From Oopsacas minuta (taxonomy: Eukaryota > Animalia > Porifera): a DNA stretch of 64,000 nucleotides. Positions 32,421 through 43,423 of this stretch are shown here, one piece after another. A program made the position numbers and the translations under genes. Numbering within the stretch: the stretch's first letter is position 1; every line of letters begins with the position of its first letter. Location: the NCBI GenBank assembly GCA_024704765.1, contig JAKMXF010000033.1:682001-746000 (forward strand). The letters run 5' to 3'. The notes beneath the pieces are model-generated. The model made no database searches. It saw nothing but the letters and a program-made list of their open reading frames with translations, and was not told the origin of the DNA.

Positions 32421-34027
32421 CTATTGGAAAATCTGCATCTTGTTCATTATAATAGAACGACAAACTGGGCATCTATCACCGAGCGTAAAATTCAGTTCAC
32501 AATTTCCGCATACATTAGCATGTCCACAAGGTATGAAGACAAACGTTAAATCTCTACTGTTCAAACAAATGATACACGGATTCTTCACCATTGATTCTTC
32601 ATCGCTTGAACTATCAGAAGTTTCATCTATACTTTCTTCCAATTCCGTAGATCCCGAATAAGTCCAAAATTTCGGATTACCAATAGTATTTGAAATTTCT
32701 TTAATATATTCTAGTGATGTGCATTCTTTTCTTTGAAGTTTTTCTTTACATTTGTTTCTAATTTTCTCATTATTTATATCCTTTGCACTTCGCTCGCCAA
32801 TTTCTAGGCCATTCTTCATTCTCTGGTATTCAAGATCATATTTTTTCAGCGTCTTTTCGAGACATTCCATAAATGCCCATAGGTTAGGCTTTTTACACGG
32901 ATGAGAGACTTTAAACCCCGATGATATACTTCAGAACAGTTATTAGTTGTTTGAATAGAATGGGATATTGATAAATCATTTCTGTTAATCCATTCTCTCT
33001 TTATGTAACTCTTAAGCCTTTGAAGATTAATAATCTCATGATCATTCATATTTTGTAGAGTAACTCCAGATAACAATCTATAGACTGGTAGAATTTCTTC
33101 TTCAGGTAACATGGGAAGTACCATAACAGACCTGACCCATCCATTAAACTCAGAGTTCTTTGTATACGAAGAAGTGAGATGTAGCTTTGTTAACCTTTTC
33201 CAAATAGCTCTCGAAAAATGAAACAGGCATCCTGATACTTCTATCGAATTGAAAGCTGTGCGAAATGAATTTCTTGAAGCCCTTTCATAGTCACCTACAG
33301 CTAATTTTGGTTTGAAATCAGGCATAAATTCTGTTACCTTTTGCAGAACATCGTCATAGAGAGATTCTGATTTTTTTGACATTAAAATATGTATGGCTGG
33401 CAAAGCATGATGACCTTCTTGTAGGAAAATAGTAAACAACTGGTAAAATAATTTGGGGACAACAAAAAATGTTGCATCAAAATTGATCGCATCAGTATTT
33501 TTCAGAGATTCAAACATAAAATCAGACCAGAATAAAGCTGCAAAGCCTTCTGATGAGATTATCATTGTTCGGAAAAAGTGTGAAAATCGTGTTTGCTTGA
33601 TCATTACTTCAAATTGTTCAGGCGTTAGAGGATTCCCTGGTAATTCAAGTCTTCTTCTTTTAACCATCGTATTTCGAACACTGCGATAACTCACTAATGC
33701 ACCTGCTTGATCCGTAGAAGTCACATCATCAAAGATTTCCCTTAGATTTCCTGTTGACGATTCTGCAGCACGTTTGATTCTATTATTTAGAACTATTACA
33801 CTGGATTCGTAGGAGGCTTCAGGATGATTGTGATCTTTTTTTAGGTAAAAAAGATTAGTTGTGAGATGAATTCGCCCTGTACCATGACATTCAATTTCTT
33901 TGCACCTCCACAGGGTACACCTCAAATAAATGGATGTTGAGGACGAGGAGGACTGAATATATCGAAAGCTTTGACATTCATAGTTAACAGAACCAACTTT
34001 TTTACCTTCAATAACACTATATTCCAT
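32421..34027 (-). CDS. FLYWCH-like/MULE DDE transposase fused, through a 1-nt frameshift at about 32892, to a C-terminal C3HC4 RING finger
   Basis: YLRC...C...HNH zinc finger; FDATF, GDYE, GCLFH and TNNCSE catalytic motifs. Adding one A to GTAAAAAG restores K-K-P-N-L-W-A-F-M and joins CIIC...CGH...C..C...CPVC. Confidence 0.85.
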
Positions 34028-34749
34028 TGATTGAGATGGATAAGAGCGATGTATAAAATATCGAAGAGTACTTTAGGATAACTATGCAAACTATTGATAA
34101 GATAATTCTAAATACCACAGTAAAATATTCAAAGAAAATAAAGTTTGGGAAATCAGAACCATTGGAATTTTCTAGAAGTTAATACAATTTCAATGGTAAA
34201 TTAAATTGGCACAGAAGTGGCAAATCATGTCAGATCAAAAATCGTATACCAAGGTACAAATCTATAGGTCGCACAGACTCACACTGAACCCTTTGATAAT
34301 TTTCAGCTCTTAATCGTAAACGGTGTGGCCTGGAGAACGAAAACGGAAACAAGAGACAAAAAAAATACAAAACAAATAAGCACTGAGATCAATACTGAGC
34401 CTCATACTAAAGTATAGTCGGCACAGTAAAAACTGCAAAATATATAGCTGAGCATCTAAGCCTATGGAATGATTTTTAAAGATGGGACACACACATTGAA
34501 TCTAACACTAAATTTGCGATCGGAATAATCTAACAATGAGGTCAAAGTGATGATTTCAGATCAAAATAGTACAAATTAGATCGTATTAATCGTTCAATCA
34601 ATAATTTCTGGTGACGTAACTTCTATTGGGCTGATTTCTGCAATAGATATTTTGCACGTAAACACTGGTTCCCGAATTGATAAAAAGAAATCTTATGTTA
34701 GTTAACCAAATTATATAACTCGTGATATTTATGTGATAAATAAAAGAAC

Positions 34750-35331
34750 TCATTTTTCGATCAAAGTTCTACATTTTTGATCAAAGTTGTCATTTTTCGA
34801 TCAAAGTTCTACATTTTTCGATCAAAGTTGTCATTTTTCGATCAAAGTTCTACATTTTTCGATCAAAGTTCTACATTTTTCGATCAAGTTCTCATTTTTC
34901 GATCAAAGTTCTACATTTTTCGATCAAAATTCTCATCTTTCGATCAAAGTTCTACATTTTTCGATCAAAGTTGTCATTTTTCGATCAAAGTTCTACATTT
35001 TTCGATCAAAGTTGTCATTTTTCGATCAAAGTTCTACATTTTTCGATCAAAGTTCTACAATTTTTCGATCAAAGTTCGACTGAAGACATTTAAGTAGAAC
35101 TTTGATCAAAATTTGCCTTTTTCATCATTTGATCAAAGTTCGACATAAGAAAATTTGATCAAAGTTCTACATTTTTCGATCAAAGTTCTACAATTTTTCG
35201 ATCAAAGTTCGACTGAAGACATTTAAGTAGAACTTTGATCAAAATTTGCCTTTTTCATCATTTGATCAAAGTTCGACATAAGAAAATTTGATCAAAGTTC
35301 TACAAAGAATTCGATCAAAATATACAGATGC
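34750..35331. repeat. Mirror-image array in the right TIR plus a 133-bp tandem duplication of the subterminal block
   Basis: The marker CGACTGAAGAC occurs at 35077 and 35210 (period 133). Confidence 0.9.
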
Positions 35332-35985
35332 ATTGCTGATAAAACTTGCAATTTCTCCCGATATAGTAGTAAATTCTCATAATGAATATTACAATAGAAC
35401 TCGGATACGAGGTACACCAGTTAATATGTATTACAGTTGAACCTTCATAAGTGGGGTCTCTATATTGGGAACTCTATAAGCAGGGTAATTTTGGTACACC
35501 TTCACTCATTTCCATAAAAACGAACCTCTCTATGTGGTGAATTCTACGATAAATTTTCTTGAATTATAAATTATTTGTGCTAAATTTGGAAAAAATACAC
35601 ATATTTATCGCTATGATGAATTGAAATTTTTGGGTTTCTCAGGAGAAAATTTGTTAAAATTTTTTATGCCCAATGAACACGGACATTGTGCAATACCTGT
35701 ACGTACACGATCCGTTATAAACTAGCGTAATATATGTACGTATAATATTAAAGATTTACATATCAAATACAACTTGAGATTAGCGTGTGCTCACAGACAA
35801 GTGTCTTGCTTTAATAACAGAGAGAGAGAGATACTTGTACAATCTAAATGCAGAGCATTTAACAGCTGACACAAATAATGAAATAAATCTCTACACAACC
35901 ACCAATAGTAACAACATTATATAGACTGATGAATTCTTGAATTTGGTAACGAAATCTGTGCTCTGATATATAAATTAAATTGGCT

Positions 35986-38900
35986 TTAAAATCTATGCTC
36001 ATTGTGATTACCACTATTACCTTTCATTTGTTGCGGAACTGTTTTCGATTTCTGTAATGGTTTGTGTGAAGTTTCGCAGTTAGCCACTGACTTGTTTTCT
36101 TGCTGAAGGAACTCAATATGAGGACTGTAGCCTGTGATACTGTCTTTAGCTCTCATAAATTGTTTTGTTGGTGTGAGTAACTCGTTTGAATCTTTTCGCT
36201 GTGTTTCATCAGAGTCATGAGCAACCAGGGTGTAACTAGACTCAGACTTGTGAGTATTGGGCTGGGATTGTCCACCAGGTCCAGATGGAACCAAGCTCTC
36301 TGCTAGGAATTCCTCAAATGTACTACTCATCTTATATTCATGTATCATTCTAGATATCTTACGGGCCCTCTCATTACAACGTACGTTGTGAAAGCTAATC
36401 AGTTTCCCTCTGTAAGCCCTGAGTGCGTTAATTGCAGTAGCTCTTACGAGCGGTGCTAAACATTCCTGTCTAACCAGAGAGCCATCGTGAAGTGGACCAA
36501 AATGCAGCAGCTTGTGTTCAATACGTTTGTTAATATGTATACGGTATAAACCGTTACTCAGCGGATATATAACTATAATTATATCCATGAAATCTGTTCT
36601 GAATTGTGAACGCTGATACTCGTGCCAATGATCACTCCAGAAAACTACTACGTCATCATTACCAATATGTTGTATCTTAATGTCAGTACCTCGCTGTGTA
36701 CTTGTAAGAATACGAGTAGATATGTGGAATACCACCTCCATGGTGGAATCTGCAAAATACGTAAGCATTTTAGACTGGCTATCAGACATGAACCCCCCGT
36801 AGCCTTTATGGGACTTGGTCTCCACCTCCCAACCTAATGACTCTACGAAGTTATTGAACTCTTTTGAACCACTGGAATTATTAAGAATATCCAGCTGTTT
36901 CTCTTGTCCCGGACCTATATATATCACCCCTATCTTATAATGGTGTCTACAGGTGTAGTTGGTCTTAGAACGACCCATTTTATCCAGCGTTTTGAGATCA
37001 TTCACCAAACTAACCTTCTTATTCATGAGATGTAGTTTATTACGATTCTCCCAAGAGAAATATCCCATTTGACTCAGTAGAGACAAGCAGTTCTTGAAGA
37101 AAGAATGTCTGCTTTCTGAAAATTCACTCACCTCTTCCATGGGCGGATATTGTAGTGATGGAGTGTCGTATGTCTGTAAGTATTCTATTTCCTGTGTGTT
37201 CTGTTGATCTATTATTCTCAGCATTTTACTCTCAACCTCATCACCATGTCCCTGATACAGGATCCTATTAGGGGGTGTGGGCAGGTCCAGAGAGATCCGC
37301 TCCTCTAGTACCTCAGGACTGAACTGAGTCAGCTGTTTGAGGATTGATAGAACAGGGTCCTCAGTGAGTGGGACCTCAGTAACTACCGTCTCTTCTTGAA
37401 GCTGTTGTTCCCTCTGAGACAAAAGATCCTCTTGACTGCCCTGGTATGACGTAGTGTCCGTAGATTCTGAATGTACTGACAGTATATCTGCGAACTGAGC
37501 TACTTTAGAGAAACGTGACTGTGCGGAGTGCAGGGTACATACATCCCATGAGAACTTCCCTGCAGCATCTCTGATGTGTATCCTCACGTGGGAGTGGATA
37601 GTCTGTATGTGACAAGGGAGATCAGTGACGTCAGCACGTACCTCCACCAGAGATAGTATAGTCCTGTCGTTATAAGTGTAGAATTGTACACAAGGGCTCT
37701 TGAATAGATACATGTCTAGCTCATTCTTCTCCGATGTAATGTACATATCCATCGTCTCGTTTAGGTCTGAGCTAATTTGAGACATCCCTGGTCCGAATGG
37801 AAAATGTCCTATGAAGTAGAGTATTGTAGTAATTACAGACTGTACTTCTGTATTAAGATGATCCTGGGGATAAGACTCTGGAGCTACCATACTAATTGAT
37901 GTCTTCCCACTGCTTGTACTGGATAGACGGGAGAGAGTAACCTGCATATCTGGTACACCCTCTTTGAAGAACTCTTGTATATCATCAGATATAGGGATAT
38001 CATTTATGATTGAAATTAGTACTGTGATGATATCTTGTAAGAGGATTGGGTAGAGAGGATCAGTCTTTAAGAGGTGTGTCAGGGGAGCAGCTAGTAGCCA
38101 GCTACGGAGACAATGTAGTAGAGGTATGACGTAACGAGTTAGTTGGTCTCTATTTAAACTTCTACTCAATTGAGTAGTGAGTGAGAGAGCTATTGACTTT
38201 ATTATAATAACAGGTAGAGATGGATCTAATTGTGATATCTGTGTGTATAACATAGATAGGAAGTCTACCATATCTACTGCTGCGTAATAAAGGGATAACT
38301 CCTGGGATTGAAAGAAGAACAGGAGATCATTGAGAGAGCTCTTGACAAGGTATGGATGCTCGTTACAGTATAGAGAATGAAATACAAATATAGTCAGCTG
38401 ATGAATAACTAGAATACGAGATGATGTATCAGGGTAGTTCTGCGCTACATAGTGTAGCATTTCAACCAACTGAGACTCTAGTGACGCATCCTCTCTCAGT
38501 CCTACACCTGGATATAGTCTAGATACGGACAGCATATTACTGAGTAGAGTTAGTGTCTCTATTTGAGAGTAATTCTTACTAGATTTCTGCAAGAGCATTC
38601 TTATAGCGCTAGCACATGGTGGGATCAGAGCAGTTATACCAGCATAAGGTCTTGTGAATAGAGTCACACTATGCTTCACACAAGCCTGTACAATATCTAA
38701 GTCATCATGAATATACCCATAGCTAAGTAGAGAATAGAACAGGTCTAGATGTTGATGAGAGGGAGGAGGGAACTTATCACTGAGATGAGTCTTACATAGC
38801 AGCTCGTAACTGATCTTAATTCCCTCCTTATACTCCTGCTGTAACAAACAACCCTGGCATAACCAGGTAGAGAAGTGTAGAGGAGATGGGTAGTGCTGGT

Positions 38901-41900
38901 ATGGGATGTCTTTTGTACGCTTAGAGTATATTATTATTGTAGTGACGTCATCAAATACTTGCCATATAAATGCTAGACATGAGAAAGCAATGGAGAGTAG
39001 CTTTGGGGTCTTTATAAGTGCTGGGTTATTTAGGATACCCAGCATGCGTCGCCATACAACTGCTACAGTATCTTTCTGCCAGGTTAGATAAACATTAGGG
39101 AAGTCAGAATTCTCTCTTATGAAACTCTCATGGGTTATGTTCTCCTCTAGGACAGTACCACGATGTACCAACACCACATTCTCCCCCTGTCCAATCAGCT
39201 GGTAGTTAAGATTGAGGACAGGAATGAATAACATCTTGAGGAGGAACTTGTAATCTGACTTTAATAAACGAAGCTCTTCTCCAATCGGTTTAATGAATTT
39301 AGACTCCAGTTTGTGTCTGTTTGTCTTGTCTTGTCCTAGTTCATGGGAGAGGAGATTAGTCAGACTCTGGTGGCGAAATGAGGTCCTCAGAGTGATGCTA
39401 CTCTGTCTCTTCAAGGGACCACCCCCTCCTTGTCCCGGAGGGAGAGAGGAACGTGTATCCATCATCTCCTTGTATCCCATAAGATCCTCTGCTCCCATAT
39501 CCCCTAAGCTGTAAGGACGATTTTGTCTATTGTGATCTCTAGCAACTGTGTACTCTGCACTCTCCTGAGACTCCTTGCTATAGGCACGTCCCCGTACCTC
39601 GTTGTGAGGGAGCTGAGGGGTACTGGTAGCAGAGGATTGAGGGGAGTGAGAAGACTGAGAACTGGTACCAGAAGTAGTCAAGCGTTTGCGCCTCACCTTA
39701 TCAAGAGCTGGGTGTGTCCTTCCCTTGTATGCTACTGTGTGTAGAGGTTCATCAAAGAAATCAGGGTCTGTGGAGTTAACAGATACGAGCAGACGGTTCT
39801 CCTCTTGAGAAAGACTTGTCAATAATGGGTGTGTTACCTTATCAGGTCGCAGAGCTAATGGCATATCTCTGGAATGAGACTCTAATCCCTGAGATGAATG
39901 AGCAGGTCTTAACTCGGTACGAGGTAGAGAAACCAAGTTAGATCCTGTACCAGACCGCTTACGTAATGACTGTGGTTTCTTAAGCATAGCATCCTGATGT
40001 GTCTTAAGAGGTCTATTAATCATATCTACATCGTATACGAAATATGCCAGCAAATACGTTAGCCCTTTCATCATAGCAGACCACTGCATCACTACAGGCT
40101 TCTGTTCTGTGAGGTTAGAATACGTGTATAGCAAACTATCCCATAATACACTGGGTATCTGTATGTGCTGACTCATACGGATAAATAATCCTAATAGTGT
40201 AGAGTGTAATAGCTCTGATAGCGAATCACCTAGAATTTTTCTCTTCTCATCTGTTTCAGAGAATATTTCTTCTCTGTAGAGAGAGTTTACAACTTCTAGT
40301 AGAGTATTCAGTAGGTATTGCCATGTTACGTCATCTGGTGAGCTATGCTTGCCTAGAGCTTGATAGAACTTTAATACACTCTTACAAGAAGATTCCGTCC
40401 AGTGAGTATTAGTTACTTCTTGTCTTAACAGCAACAGACGACTGGTATGACATATAAATAGCCTGAGATTCTTCTGAATACCTAAACAAGCATTTCGTTC
40501 ATCCCATTGTTCAGCTCCGTAAGCAATAGACCACACCATATCATAACTTTGATAACCATCCTGTGGGATATGAGGACGTGGAGGGAATGAGAATGATAGG
40601 TCTGTTGAGAATTCTATCTCTTCGTTAATCTCAGAGAGGAAAGGGTCTATTCCTGCTGTAGCTCTGTTACTGGCACCGGATGTAGGTGTAGCTTCCTGTG
40701 AAGAGGTGACGAGGATGTTTGGAGAAGTGTCACTCCTCTCCTGCCACCTAGCCCCTGTAGTCTCAATAACCAAATTACTCATAGAGGTATTCACGTCATA
40801 ATTACCAGCTGTTAGTAAGGGCTGCTGTGATACTGACGTCACATTAGGGTATACATGTCTAGAATCATCTGAAGAACCCACACTACAGGTCAGCTGCGAA
40901 TCTGTAGAAGGGATAGGGGAACGTAGGAAGGGGGGTAAGTCCTCTTCATCGAGAACAGAGAATGTCCAAAATTCAAAGAATCTTACAACAGTTTGCATAG
41001 TATTCACGTATTTAGCTGGCATTTTGAATGTTTGATGCAACATATCATGTAATAACATAATATTCTCAGGTCGTGTGAATAATATCTTCAATACAGACTC
41101 CTTACCGTTGATGAAACAATCTCTGGAATGGAATACAGCACTAGTGTTATGAGTTAGCTTCTCAGGATCAATCCAATTCAGAAGTTTCATAATAACAGCA
41201 TTCTGTAGTTCAGCATACACACTATTCCTTAGGTCATATGTTATCTTGAATAGGTTACTTGAGGTAGAGTTTAGTGAGTCAATAGAAGGTGTAGGAGTTG
41301 GAGATAGGTTAAAGTTACTGTGAGAAGTAATAGGAAGTCTGTAGAAAGTAGAATCGTTCTTGTGATAGTTAACCCATTCAGGGAACAGCTGTTTAGAACA
41401 TGTCGCCTCTGGGAATATAGGAGATAAGTAATGTTGTTTGAATTGATAGAATAGATAGTGTAGTCCTCTGTGATGATATCCCTCTCTCTCCCATCTGTGA
41501 TATCCCACCAGGTTAACCAGACAATTCATAAAGTAGTCTAACAGCTCTAAGGCAGTACACAGATCTATGTCATCTGAACTAGATCCTTTATCACGACAGA
41601 TAGGAGTAGGAGGAACATGTCTAGCCCATTCAACCCTCCGACTAGACCCCTGTAGAGAGTAGCCTCTCTTCAGGTCACAGGGAGAAGGCGCGGGACTGGG
41701 TTGAAGGGGTGTAGTTGTGTCGCTTAGCTCTGAGGCAGATGAGGAATGTCTGGGAGTGAAGGGAGGCGGAAAGTAGGGTATCAATGTACCAAACGTTTCC
41801 AGCACTTTATCAGTTGTATTCTCCTGTAGACATAGAATCCATAATACCAACAGTTTTATCCCTCTCTTCCTTATAAGTCTAGAATTATCCTCATGTATAA

Positions 41901-42279
41901 GGTCCAGTATAATCCCGTGTATACTGTGGTATTGCCATCTATTGTGTATTTTCTGTGGTAACATGAACAGAATAGATTCAAACGTGAAGTAGATGGTAGA
42001 AGAGAATAAATCATCTTTATCACTTATAGAACTCTCCAGACTGCGTCTCTGTCGGGATATACGGGTGTTACTGTGCAGCTCAAAGCTAAGAAATGCATCA
42101 TAGAATACGTAAAAGATAAGTGAATAGTGCTGCTCGTAAAAGTCCTGTTCATTCTCAAATCCCTTCTCGTATGCTTGTTTCAGAGCTTTCAATCGTTTCA
42201 CAGAATCTTTGCTTGTGTCTAAGAATTTCCTAATAGCAATGTCTCGATCTATATTGCTGCTAGCACGGCCTCGATTCAT
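35986..42279 (-). CDS. RALGAPA: Ral GTPase-activating protein subunit alpha; intronless
   Basis: 2097 aa; N-terminal RLKALK and HEDN...GIKLLVLW; C-terminal Rap/RanGAP domain (KIGVIYIGPGQE, FHISTR, HIGND Asn thumb, GPLHDG). Confidence 0.9.
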   Translation of the reverse strand: MNRGRASSNIDRDIAIRKFLDTSKDSVKRLKALKQAYEKGFENEQDFYEQHYSLIFYVFYDAFLSFELHSNTRISRQRRSLESSISDKDDLFSSTIYFTFESILFMLPQKIHNRWQYHSIHGIILDLIHEDNSRLIRKRGIKLLVLWILCLQENTTDKVLETFGTLIPYFPPPFTPRHSSSASELSDTTTPLQPSPAPSPCDLKRGYSLQGSSRRVEWARHVPPTPICRDKGSSSDDIDLCTALELLDYFMNCLVNLVGYHRWEREGYHHRGLHYLFYQFKQHYLSPIFPEATCSKQLFPEWVNYHKNDSTFYRLPITSHSNFNLSPTPTPSIDSLNSTSSNLFKITYDLRNSVYAELQNAVIMKLLNWIDPEKLTHNTSAVFHSRDCFINGKESVLKILFTRPENIMLLHDMLHQTFKMPAKYVNTMQTVVRFFEFWTFSVLDEEDLPPFLRSPIPSTDSQLTCSVGSSDDSRHVYPNVTSVSQQPLLTAGNYDVNTSMSNLVIETTGARWQERSDTSPNILVTSSQEATPTSGASNRATAGIDPFLSEINEEIEFSTDLSFSFPPRPHIPQDGYQSYDMVWSIAYGAEQWDERNACLGIQKNLRLFICHTSRLLLLRQEVTNTHWTESSCKSVLKFYQALGKHSSPDDVTWQYLLNTLLEVVNSLYREEIFSETDEKRKILGDSLSELLHSTLLGLFIRMSQHIQIPSVLWDSLLYTYSNLTEQKPVVMQWSAMMKGLTYLLAYFVYDVDMINRPLKTHQDAMLKKPQSLRKRSGTGSNLVSLPRTELRPAHSSQGLESHSRDMPLALRPDKVTHPLLTSLSQEENRLLVSVNSTDPDFFDEPLHTVAYKGRTHPALDKVRRKRLTTSGTSSQSSHSPQSSATSTPQLPHNEVRGRAYSKESQESAEYTVARDHNRQNRPYSLGDMGAEDLMGYKEMMDTRSSLPPGQGGGGPLKRQSSITLRTSFRHQSLTNLLSHELGQDKTNRHKLESKFIKPIGEELRLLKSDYKFLLKMLFIPVLNLNYQLIGQGENVVLVHRGTVLEENITHESFIRENSDFPNVYLTWQKDTVAVVWRRMLGILNNPALIKTPKLLSIAFSCLAFIWQVFDDVTTIIIYSKRTKDIPYQHYPSPLHFSTWLCQGCLLQQEYKEGIKISYELLCKTHLSDKFPPPSHQHLDLFYSLLSYGYIHDDLDIVQACVKHSVTLFTRPYAGITALIPPCASAIRMLLQKSSKNYSQIETLTLLSNMLSVSRLYPGVGLREDASLESQLVEMLHYVAQNYPDTSSRILVIHQLTIFVFHSLYCNEHPYLVKSSLNDLLFFFQSQELSLYYAAVDMVDFLSMLYTQISQLDPSLPVIIIKSIALSLTTQLSRSLNRDQLTRYVIPLLHCLRSWLLAAPLTHLLKTDPLYPILLQDIITVLISIINDIPISDDIQEFFKEGVPDMQVTLSRLSSTSSGKTSISMVAPESYPQDHLNTEVQSVITTILYFIGHFPFGPGMSQISSDLNETMDMYITSEKNELDMYLFKSPCVQFYTYNDRTILSLVEVRADVTDLPCHIQTIHSHVRIHIRDAAGKFSWDVCTLHSAQSRFSKVAQFADILSVHSESTDTTSYQGSQEDLLSQREQQLQEETVVTEVPLTEDPVLSILKQLTQFSPEVLEERISLDLPTPPNRILYQGHGDEVESKMLRIIDQQNTQEIEYLQTYDTPSLQYPPMEEVSEFSESRHSFFKNCLSLLSQMGYFSWENRNKLHLMNKKVSLVNDLKTLDKMGRSKTNYTCRHHYKIGVIYIGPGQEKQLDILNNSSGSKEFNNFVESLGWEVETKSHKGYGGFMSDSQSKMLTYFADSTMEVVFHISTRILTSTQRGTDIKIQHIGNDDVVVFWSDHWHEYQRSQFRTDFMDIIIVIYPLSNGLYRIHINKRIEHKLLHFGPLHDGSLVRQECLAPLVRATAINALRAYRGKLISFHNVRCNERARKISRMIHEYKMSSTFEEFLAESLVPSGPGGQSQPNTHKSESSYTLVAHDSDETQRKDSNELLTPTKQFMRAKDSITGYSPHIEFLQQENKSVANCETSHKPLQKSKTVPQQMKGNSGNHNEHRF

Positions 42280-42340
42280 GAATTCCCTCGTTGTTACCTT
42301 GCTAATGATAAGTTGTAGTAGTAGAAGTAGTTGTGCTAAG

Positions 42341-42381
42341 CGTACATACGTACATACTCGTACATACTTGTGCGTACATAC
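42341..42381 (-). promoter_or_regulatory. Four copies of GTATGTACG 60-100 bp upstream of the RALGAPA start
   Basis: CGTACATAC at 42341, 42349, 42359 and 42373; function is inferred from position only. Confidence 0.35.
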
Positions 42382-43423
42382 TTTTAATTCATAATTATTT
42401 AATTATGGCCACTGATAATCATAAACTTGTTTCAGCTAAATTCGAATAATGGTAGTAGTAGGTGAAATATTGATGAATGTGACAATTGTATGCCAAATTT
42501 GATAATTCATAAAGATTATATTATTGAACTGAAACTAGTTTTCAACTAACAATGGCCAAATCAAAGAAGAAGCTAACTAAAATGCATTTGCATTTCTGCT
42601 GCACAAAATATAGGTTTGTAATATTGCGTAATCAGATTTTTGGGTCGTTCATAAGTCTGTAAGCGGAGTCTTACAGTTCTATCTTTTATTTACAATACCG
42701 TTACAGCTCCTTTTTGCAATAAACCACGAAAAAAGCGTAATTAACAAGGTTACATATTCAGCACAGGGAAAATATTATAGTCATATAGGCGACTTGGCCA
42801 TAGCTAGGGGTTGCTGGTAACCCCAGTAGGAACCCCTTAATTGCTGGGATGCTAGTAAACTCACTGGTACACCCTGAATCCCCACAGCAACCCTAAAGAG
42901 GAAATGCTATCTACGCCTCTGATAGCGATAAGAATTAATATAGTCAAATCATCAATCTCAAAATTTTAAAAACAAAGAAAGAATTGAAAGTTGCTCAATT
43001 TCTACATTTGTAACATTATATATGAGTGAACTGGGTATTTTGAAATAATATATGTGTGTGTACGTACTACATACACTCTGAAGATGTAAACTAGTAAGGT
43101 TGACGCAATCGGTCAAATTTACCAACACTTATGTAACTATAAAAGGGCGTAGTACCATACCACATCTGTTCTACTGCAGCTTGTTGATTGCATCAAAAGT
43201 ATAATCATTTCTTTGATAGATAACCATGCTCATACAAAATTGAGAGAATTAGCTTACATGTAACCGATACTATACAATACCTCCCTCTGCAAATGTAGTA
43301 ATCGAATAATGAGCATGCATCATCTAATTGAACTATAATGCAAAAGTACAGAAATGAAAACCTAAATATACCCAAATAAAGAAGTCATGCAATATTACAA
43401 TTCAGTTAAGTTAGAGAGGGTAT

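Larger units (their letters stand above)
31593..35331. mobile_element. Foldback-type Mutator-like (MULE) element, 3.74 kb, with long satellite-containing TIRs (31593-32187 and 34582-35331)
   Basis: Termini GCATCTGTATATTTTGATCG / CGATCAAAATATACAGATGC; mirrored repeat arrays; internal MULE transposase. No TSD found. Confidence 0.9.
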
